Shown piece by piece: positions 51,733 through 61,043 of a stretch of 64,000 nt of DNA. The number at the start of each line of letters is the position of its first letter. Position 1 is the stretch's first letter. Source of the DNA: Amphiscolops sp. MND2022 (lineage: Eukaryota). Below the pieces are notes generated by a model. The model had not been told where the DNA came from. It ran no database searches and saw only the letters and a program-made list of their open reading frames with translations. A program made the translations under genes and the position numbers. The stretch lies in NCBI GenBank assembly GCA_964187785.1, contig OZ076413.1, forward strand, positions 43,774,001 through 43,838,000, read 5' to 3'.

Positions 51733-52430
51733 CCTGTACTCATATGGCCCATCGATGGCCATCAATGGTCCATCGATGGGCATCGATGAGGATTATCTAA
51801 CGATGATCCCATCGATGGGTCATCGATGGACCATCGATGACCCATCGATGGTATTCAAAATTTGCAATCACAAAACTTCGTTCGACTCGGCCATATTCAC
51901 AATTTCAACAAAAAACTCTCGCCATTCAAGTTTTTCAGTCTATTTAAACTTTGGTTGGGATTTCGAGGATGCCCAAACACTTTATTCGGAAATGAAGTTA
52001 TACATAGTTATCCATATTATTTATCTTTGTAAAAAACCGGATTCTGTTGATTTTCCTAGGAAAAAACAGCAAATTTTAAGAGTCAAATTTCTGCATATTT
52101 CACCTATTTTTTCTTCTTGAAAGCAGATGGTTTTCTCAGCAATTGAAGCTCGATTCCGTCGCATTATCATGCGAATAATTGCAATTTTTCCATGTTTTTC
52201 TTTTTTTTTCAAACAATTCAAAGGCAAGGCTCCAAAATAAGTGATTTTCAGGCTCGAGAAAGCTTACTCAGGCTTAAAAGGAAAAGAGAGTAGGTCAAAA
52301 TTAGATATATTTAACCCTAAAATGCTCCACGAGTGCCCCCATGCGCTGGGCGATAATTCAAATCCCTTCGATGCCCATCGGAAAAAGTTGCGATGTCCAT
52401 CGATGGGATTGAATGGAGTCTCAGTACGGG
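51733..52430. mobile_element. CACTA/EnSpm-type non-autonomous element
   Basis: TIR CCTGTACT / AGTACGGG, AA 2-bp TSD, and subterminal palindromic CCATCGATGG repeats at both ends. Confidence 0.75.
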
Positions 52431-54476
52431 AAGTGCTCAAAACAAACAGTCTACTGGATGGAAAAACTGTACTCATATTTGAATTATGAAACAATTTGCG
52501 GCTTTTGTCTCCAATTTTTTTTTCAACCAAAGAGATCTCGTTTTAGTTTTTTATGTTTTCAGTCAGAAAAAGTCTTTTGAGCCTGAAAGATCCTCCATTC
52601 GCATTTTGTTTCCACTGTGCAATTTGCAGTTGCTGACTTCTGCCGTTCCAAGCTTGCTTACTTCTTTCTTTTTTCTTTTTAATTAAAAAAAATCATGTCT
52701 TTTTTCAAAACTTTGGCGATTTTTCTGAACCAGTTCCGTCTTGAATCTTAAATAGAAACTTAAACTGATGACCTTTTTTTAGAACATTTTACGTTTTGAA
52801 TACTTAATGCTTACGTTTTAGAGTCGGGAAGTAAATCCTTGGTTTAATTCTGTTGAAGGAATGACAATTTTATCTTGATATAACTCTTGTAACTTGATAT
52901 ATAGCAGGTAATGCATAATTTTAGTGAAATTTAAACGTGGCCTAAAAGTTTTGAAAATAAATTGTTCAAACTTATATATCTAGTGACACAAACCAGCCAG
53001 AGACTTCGTTGAGATGTGAATGTGAGATTTGATTACGAACAAGCAAATGTAGTTGTTCTCAGTAAACTGAAAGGAGAAAATGGAGAGCTATGTGAAATAC
53101 TCAAAAATGAATAAACACCTGATGTTTCAGGGAACGAAGCACAGACACTTGAAAATTTTCGTTCTTGTGCTTCAGGTAACGAAGCGATTGAGCCTGGTGC
53201 AGTTTCGTGTGAGGTTATCTAAACGGGGCAAAAGAGCCTAGAAACAAGAAACAACTTGGCTTAAAAAAATAAAGTCTTCAACCAGGAGCCAGTTATGAAA
53301 ATATATTCTTTTATTGTTAGGAAAAATAGTGATTTTTGAAAAATAAAGCTTCAAAACACATTTACTTTCGGGTTCTCCCAGAAGCCATTTTTAGGGCTTC
53401 AGTGTAAATCAATTGGTGAAAAAATGGGATTTGATGTCAAATATGATTCAAGCGATTGTATCTGCGTTTCAATAGCCTGTTGCTCGACGAAACAGGGGAC
53501 AATTTCACCATAGGAACCTGAGGTAAACTACTTACCCTTTGTTTCTTGAGTAATTTTGCACAATTGTGATCGCTGAAGGCATCTTCAAGCAAGTTTACTC
53601 CCTTTACTTGTATAGTTAGAGATGAACAAACAGAGGCCTTTTGTGGAACACAAACTTCCCATACACTGATGAATTAAATGACTGTTTTTAACCAGAGAGG
53701 TTTTTGTCACCAAAAAATTGAAAGCAAGTTTGTTACCAGTTTTGGGCATACTGTTCAGATCTATCCATGATTGATCTCAAACGAAGAACAAACACCACTG
53801 AAAAGTGGGTATAGTTTTAACAGAAGCGTTACTGCTCTATATAGAGTAGTTTTATGGTTCCCCTTGAACGTACATAGCCTTGTAAAGTTAATTGGGAGCA
53901 AAATTAACTTGAAACACGCACAACTTTGCCTGAAAAACGAATGCAAAAAAGATACTATGAAAAAATCCTGATATATACAGAAAGTACCTGAAAACGGTGC
54001 AAAATTTGGAAGAGAAACTCAGTAAGGAGCACCTGAAAAACTTCTGAGGCTTTCACCTGGCGTTCTATTGATAATTAAGGTGAATTTTCACTGAATTTTC
54101 ACGTAAAAACAACTGTCTCGAATAACAAAAATGCATAGAAATTAGAAGCGACAATGCTTTAGAAAACAGATTTTTTTTATTCTGGGGTAAGTTAGAAATG
54201 TACAGCAGTAGGCTACCAAAAAACTAGGCACATGAGATTCTTTCCGATCAAAGCTGTAAACACGAGACGCTATGTTTAAAGAAGTTTATTCTCACAAAAT
54301 TTTCAAACAAATGAGTCAGATTTAATTATCAAATTTATGATCATAGATTTTTGTGAAACCTATTTTTACAATTGGCAATTTTACTAATGGAAAAATCTAT
54401 AACGTTGCACTGTTGCGAACATCAAAGCAGCATCAAACTTGACGTTTATTTTCGAATTAAGCAGATATTCTTGCAA

Positions 54477-54874
54477 AGGTTAAAACTGAAGTTCCCGAAC
54501 ATTATCGGTTGGGGTTGACAGTCTTGTCAGAACCCACTTACATGGCTACATTTTGTGACGAAAGTGACTGAGAGTCACTTCAAACGTCACTTGCAGATTA
54601 TAATTTGCAGCGATTAAACGTTTGATGATTCAAAAGGTGAGGTAAAATTTCAATTTAAAATTTAAGAACTTGAAACAGTTTATTCTGTCCGCGACTGATG
54701 GTCATTAGTCACCAGTCCGTTTTACTTCCGTGGGGTGGGAATCCCGATGGAGGAGGTCCTGTCTCTAGGGTCCTGTCTCTTCGTCACTTTCAGTACAAAA
54801 TGTAGCCATGTAAGTTGGTTTTGTCAAGACTGTCAGACGGAACCGATAAAGTTCGGGAACTTCAATCTTAACCT
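54477..54874. mobile_element. MITE with ~95-bp imperfect TIRs
   Basis: AGGTTAAAACTGAAGTTCCCGAAC...ACTTACATGGCTACATTTTGT is mirrored at 54777-54874. Confidence 0.75.
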
Positions 54875-55277
54875 TCAGCAAAGCTCTTTAGCTGATTCCA
54901 GTCTTCGTACTGTTCTTCATAGTGAGTATCAGTCTCAGTAACAAGAGCACAAACAGTAACAATCTCACAAAAGTCTTTGAAATTGGGTACGGAAACCACC
55001 GAAACGATAAATTCAGATCCATTCAAAATATAGATTCAAGCAGCAGCTCGTACGCGTACAGCAAATACAAAGAGAACACTGTAAATGAATCAAACACCAG
55101 AAATATGGCATCAGTCCACCCAGCTAACAAGCTGGGGTTTACACCGGCACTAGTTATGCAAAGTTCACTCCGACCGAACCTATGTAAAGTGTTTTTACAT
55201 TGCGTTACGGCAGGCTCCAAATTCCAAAAGAGGCTGTTTGTACGCAGATAACAGAATGTATGCATAGTGGACACTTT

Positions 55278-55545
55278 TTACAGAACTACTAAACTACTGG
55301 ACGCAAACGGAAACGCATCTAAGTTAATGCAAAGAGTCCCTTTTTCATTGACTCCCTTTTTAACGCAGGATACGAAACCGGACGAAACTATAGGGTCCCC
55401 CTCTGAATTTTTTTTCGGCACTGTGCAACTTTTTTTTCGAAAATAGTTTTGTCCCCCCTTCATTTTTTTCGGCACTATGACACTGTTTCAAAACTCTTCG
55501 AATTTTTTTTAAATGTCTCCAAAGGGCCCCTTTCATTTTTTCGAT
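55278..55545 (+). mobile_element. HINE-family fragment that is the insertion target of Gypsy element 1
   Basis: Reverse-complement similarity to 2880-3150 (ACCGGACGAAACTATAGGGTCCCC; GTCTCCAAAGGGCCCC). Confidence 0.65.
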
Positions 55546-55745
55546 TGTGGTACAGCGCTACATCATCATCTTCACTTATGTAAATAAAACTGTGAGAAAA
55601 ATGTTAATTAGTAACAACCTGCCAAAATATGCCAAAGTGACAAAATCAGAAATCTAGCCATACTGCACATATTACGCCATTCAATACAGTTTACATTCTG
55701 CAACTGTTTTCATTTCTCATAGCATAGATTCACTAAGCTATTACA
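55546..55745 (+). repeat. 5' LTR of Gypsy element 1
   Basis: TGTGGTACAG...GCTATTACA; direct repeat of 60848-61043; immediately followed by the PBS. Confidence 0.95.
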
Positions 55746-55758
55746 TGGCGCTGCGAGC
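55746..55758 (+). promoter_or_regulatory. Primer-binding site, probably tRNA-Ser
   Basis: TGGCGCTGCGAGC is complementary to ...GCUCGCAGCGCCA, which resembles the 3' end of metazoan tRNA-Ser. Confidence 0.7.
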
Positions 55759-56470
55759 TGAAGACGACAATTCAAATTCACCCCTTCCGGGTATCAGTTA
55801 CTTTTGGCAAGAGGCAGACAAACCGCCCGGATACGATTGGGAACAGTGGGTGCAGCTTTTTGAAGTCGCTTTTCTAGCCAGACACTCGATATCAATGACT
55901 GAACTCCTGCGAAACGCTGACCATCAAAATTCAAGAAATGCTGCCATGATGGGAAATTTAGAAGAAGTCCCTGCAAAAAGAAAACTGGTGAGTTTATTGT
56001 ACATATCCATTGGGAAAACAGGAAGGAAAATGCTGATGGATAAATTTCCAAATATAAACATTCTTTTAATCGAATTGCAAGCTTTAGTACAAATATGCAC
56101 AGAATGTTTCCAAACGCGCAGAAATCGCATTTTGGATAGCCACATTTTCCTGTCGAGAAAACAAAAACCCACCGAAACGTTACATCATTTTTGGAATGTA
56201 CTTAACGGACTTGCTGCTTGTTGCGATTTCAGCAACCAAACGGAAGGGCTCGTACATGACATTTTTGTCCTCAACATGATAAATAAGCAGGTTCAAGAAA
56301 AGTTATGTACGGAATCCAAAGAGAATCCCGCCGAGGCTTTACTGTTCGCTATCGCATTTGAAGACGGTCTGAAAAGACAGAAATCATATGGATATATAAA
56401 CAAAGAAATGAAAATTAAAGAAGAGCCTGTTTGCGCGATAAACAACAATAACCAAAGAGAATGCTGGAGA

Positions 56471-56685
56471 CATTACAGTGCATAGGCAAGCTATTTTGCT
56501 GCTTGTCGTGGAATCCGGGACACGAAAATTCCGCTGCTTGTCCGTGAAATGCTTGTTTGTGGAATCCTGGACTTATGACGTAATTTGCCAATTTTGCACG
56601 TTTAAAGGTATGGTCGTGGAATCCGAGGTATTGAAAGCACAAAGTTGCGCGTTGAGCAAATTAAGCTTGCCTATGCACTCTAATG
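56471..56685. mobile_element. MITE (215 bp) inserted in the gag zinc knuckle
   Basis: 22-bp TIR CATTA(C/G)AGTGCATAGGCAAGCT with 1 mismatch; internal GGATTCCAC repeats. Removing it plus one duplicated A restores TGC TGG AGA TGT GGA (CWRCG). Shorter relative of 6512-7012. Confidence 0.88.
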
Positions 56686-59600
56686 ATGTGGAGCAGGAAA
56701 CTTTACCCTGGATCATTTGAACAAATGCAAAGCCCCAAATGCTATGTGCAACCACTGTGGCAGAAAAAGAAGAAGAAAAAAGAACAAAGACTCAAACCTG
56801 AAAGTTGGCAGTAGTCGAGGATTTGGCGAAAGAGTTCAAAGAATCGATCCAGACGAAAGTGGCGAAGATGACGAAGGAGACTACATGGTGCTGAAGGTGG
56901 ATTCAGTCAAGGACAATTCAAAGCCATTTTACATGGAAGGTTTTATCAACGGAAATAAATTCAAAGCCATGATAGACACCGGTTCTCCAGTAACCATCTT
57001 TGAACAGAACGAAATAAAACAGATAATGAAAAGAGAAAAACTGCAAGTCCGTCCAATGATTGAAGAAGAGAGATATGTGAATTTCAATGAAAACCTCTAA
57101 ATCAACTGGGATAGGTGTTTTGCGAGTTACAAGTGAACGAGAGCTACATAAAGAAAGCCAGAATTCTCATTGCGAAGTACGGAACGAAGTCAATCATTGG
57201 TTGAAAGTGGCTAACAACTCTAAGGTATAAACTGGCCCCGGAAGGTGAGTTGAAAGTAAACACCATAGAAAGTGAAAAGAGTGAGTTAAGTGCAGAAACA
57301 AAGCAATTAACTGAAGAATTCCCAAAACTATTTGAAAGGAATGGAAAGTTGAAAAATCATCAAGTGCGGGTTAATTTTAAACCAGTTGCAAAAATAACTC
57401 AGCAGAAAGGAAGAAGAATCCCCATTCAGCTACAAAATGCAGTAGATGAGGAAATTGGCAGATTGCTAAAAGAAGGTCATATCGAAAAAATTAACGAAAT
57501 TAAAGATAATGTCATCATTCAACCAACGGTAATAACAGTGAAACAAGTCCGTTCAGTAAAAATTGCGCTAGATGCAAGAGCTTTGAACCAAGCAATAGAT
57601 AAAGATAAATACCAAATGCCAACTTTAGAAACTCTATTAGACATGGTTGCTGAAAAATTAGACACAAAAAAGGAGAAGCATGGTTTTCATCACTCGACAT
57701 GACTTATGCATATGGTCAAAATCCCTTGCATCTACTGACCGCAAAACATTGTATCTTTAAAATAATTGGGGGCGAATCAACAGGCACCTACAGATTTGTA
57801 ACAGGATTTTATGATCTGTCGGTTATGCCGACAGAATTTCTAAGTGTGATGGATTTTCTTTTAGCGAAATTTAGAGAAGTGTTTGTGTTCATAGATGATT
57901 TTCTAATTGTAACCAAGGAAACAAAGAAAGAACATCTAGATAAAGTGCGGGAAATCCTGAAAACGATCGATCAAGCAGAATTACAACTAAAGGAGAGAAA
58001 GTGCGTGTTTGCCAAGAACGAAATTGAGTGGCTAGGTTTCAAATTAACAGAAAACAGAATTTCGCCAATAAATACAAAATCACAAGGAATCACAGAAAAG
58101 CTTAGACCGACAAATTTAAAAGAAGTGAGATCCTTTTTGGGAGCTGTGAATCAATTTAATAAGTTCATTCCAGACTTGGCAGTAATATGTTCACCATTTC
58201 GATCGATTTTGAAGAAAGACGCAACATGGAATTGGAACAACGATCATGAAAAGGCGTTCACTAAAGTAAATAGCGAAGTAGAGAAAGTTGCGGAACTAAC
58301 GCATTTCAAACGAAATGTCCCACTTAGACTAATTTGCGACGCGAGTAAAATGGACTAGGAGCAGTACTACAACAAGGCGAGGAAAACAAATGAAAACCAA
58401 TTTCATATGCGTCTAGATTTTTAACCGATTTAGAATCAAAATACTCAATGAACGAATTAGAATTATTACCTGTGGTTTGGTCCGTAGAACATTTTTAAAA
58501 TTACGTATACGGCGTTTCGTTCGGTATAGTCTCAGATCATAAAGCGTTACAAAGTGTTTTAAAGTCTAACAAAGGAAAAAAACATACTCGAGCAGATTAA
58601 CGCGCTGGGTCGATAGAATATTGCCTACCGAATTTTCTATTGAACATACTCTCGGTAGAACATTAGGATTGGCAGAATATCTGTGAAGACATCTGTCAGA
58701 ATTTGAAGGCGCCGTCGCAAAAGGGGAAAATTTATTCAACGATTGCTTTACAGTAAAAGTACTGGATGAAATTTCGCCAAACTTACCGCGTGTGACAGAT
58801 CTGCGTAAGCCAATCAAATTGCGAGAAAATGAGACAGTGGAACGAATGAATACAAGCGGCGTGTTGACAGTTCATGAGACTGTACAAACAATTAAAGCGA
58901 TTAGTGAATTGCTGAGACGCAAATTAACGCAAAAATGACAGAAGCTAAAGAACTGTCAAATTCCAAATAAGCAATGTCTACGTAAAAGCAAATGCTGAGA
59001 ACGACCGTTTAATCCAAGAGGTGATCCAGCTCGTGAAAAATCGTAACAACGCAATTATCGCTCGCCTCCCCCCTCCTTGGAGGGAAAAATTCAATTCATT
59101 TGCCGTCGATTCAAGCGACTTACTTTGTATGGACAATCGTCTCGTCATACCCAAGGATATGAGGGAAAACGTCTTAAGGGCGATACACTTCGGCCATGCG
59201 AGGAGAGATTCGATGTTAAAGGAAGCGGCTGATAATTGGTGGCCACGATTTCATAGAGAAATCGTCGAAAAAGCCCAAAATTGTCCAGAATGCCCATTAG
59301 CAGGTAAGAATCTTAAATGCTTAAAGTCACAAAATGAATTTGGTAAGCTACCAGAAGCAACTGAACCTAACGAAGAAATCGCTCTAGATTTTGCGGGTCC
59401 TTTTCAAAATGGAAATATAAAGAAAAAGTATTTGCTAGTGTCAGTAGGTAACCATTCGGGATAGCCAGATGCATTGTTTTTACCAAATCCCACTACGGAA
59501 AAGGTAATGGAATTTGTAACAGAATATATTTCAAAAAACGGAAGTCCAAAGAAAATTCAAACTGACCCAGGAAAGGCATTCAAAAGTGAAAAATTCGAAC

Positions 59601-60847
59601 AGTTTTGCACAGAAAGATTTATAGATCATGTAATCTGTCCCGTAAGAGACCATCGGGGAAATGGCAAAGTAGAACGAATGATTAGAACAATAAATGAAAG
59701 ACTACGAACAAACAAAAATATCCTGGTGTCAAAAGATAAGAGTAGAATATCAAACATCTTATTCGCACTGAGATCTGAAAAAGGGAACGATGGAAAAATG
59801 GCATTCGAAAAACAAAACGGTCGAAACCCAAACACGTTAAAATCTAGAATGATTGAAAAATGTTTTTTAGAACAAGACCCGAAGATAGTGATAGAGCCCG
59901 AGGATTTCAGCGATGAAGCGGATTCAACCATTCTAGTGCGCGAAAGAGTGCAAGGACAAAACTAGAAGGTGCGTTGAAAAATGCCGTGGCACAGTCGTAA
60001 ACCAAACAGGCCATACAATCTCAATTCTACAAAAGGGAAGCCAGAACGTAACAACGTACTCTAAGAAAGATGTGGCAAACAATCAAAAAGCAGCAGAAGG
60101 TCAAAATCTACCATGTTCAAGCAAATGCCAATCATAACCAAAAAACCAAATGAGGAAGAAATGAGCAAAAACAGACAAAAGAAAAGAAGGGTAGAAGAGC
60201 AGGACATAGGCCAACCCTCAGCGAAAAGCAAGAATGTAAATAAATTTGTAAATAGAGAAGATTCAGATCAAGAAGAAGAAGAAAGAGACAATGCTAACGA
60301 AATCCAAAATGAACCCGCTGTACAAAAGGAAGAAGCTGAAAGCGAAGTGCAAACCACAAATAAAACAAGAGAAGAAGAAATCGCCCAAACTGAAGAACCA
60401 ACTAGTGAATCACCACGGATTCCAGCAAAAGAGCCAGTAAAATGGGAAAAACGTTGCTCAGAACGGGTGGCAAAGATGCCAAATTGTTGGGAAACAATGT
60501 AATGATTTCAAAGATAGAAAAAGAGTCTACTGAAGGGGAAGAAGAAAGTCTGCCCAGTGTCATTAAAATAAAGACCCCAGAAAAGAGATGAAAACTTTTA
60601 AAAACCCATTTAACAAAAACAATGTTTGTTTAAATTGTTAAACTGATTAACAAATTTCAGTTAATGTGTTAGTGCCAGTTTTTAACGATCGTGTATTATA
60701 TATTAACACAATCGAGTTTTATGTTTTTAATTTAAAAATTTGGTGTAACGGATAAATGAACTATTCCTAGTGCAGTCAATTGATTACCTCTGAGTGATAC
60801 TGATATCTGTAAATTTGTTCCCCCTTTTCTCCCAATAGAGAGGGAAG

Positions 60848-61043
60848 TGTGGTAGAGCGCTACATCATCACCTTCACTTATGTAAATACAATTATGAGAA
60901 AAATGTTAATTAGTAACAACCTGCCAAAATATGCCAAAGTGGCAAAATCAGAAATCTAGCCATACTGCACATATTACGCCATTCAAAACAGTTTACATTC
61001 TGCTACTGTTTTCACTTCTCATAGCATAGATTCACTAAGCTAT
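60848..61043 (+). repeat. 3' LTR of Gypsy element 1, interrupted 4 bp before its end
   Basis: Preceded by the PPT. Matches the 5' LTR up to ...CACTAAGCTAT, then switches to the TGTTG end of another LTR. Confidence 0.93.

Larger units (their letters stand above)
55745..60500 (+). pseudogene. Disrupted gag-pol of Gypsy element 1
   Basis: Gag 55745-56470. Zinc knuckle CWR/CGAGNFTLDHLNKC split by an insertion. Protease IDTGS (~56970), RT FIDD (~57890), RNase H CDAS (~58335), integrase HFGH...CPEC, LDFAGP, TDPG and GKVER. Many stops and frameshifts. Confidence 0.92.
55546..61043 (+). mobile_element. Full-length but decayed Ty3/Gypsy LTR retrotransposon (element 1)
   Basis: 5' LTR 55546-55745 (TG...CA, 200 bp). 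PBS TGGCGCTGCGAGC at 55746. Internal order gag-PR-RT-RH-IN. PPT AGAGAGGGAAG at 60837-60847. 3' LTR 60848-61043 lacks its last 4 bp. About 9 differences in 196 bp between the LTRs by manual comparison. Confidence 0.95.

Noticed and set aside
55023..55274. Hydrophobic 83-aa ORF as a membrane-protein exon
   Set aside because: No recognisable family or convincing splice context; it sits between transposon fragments.
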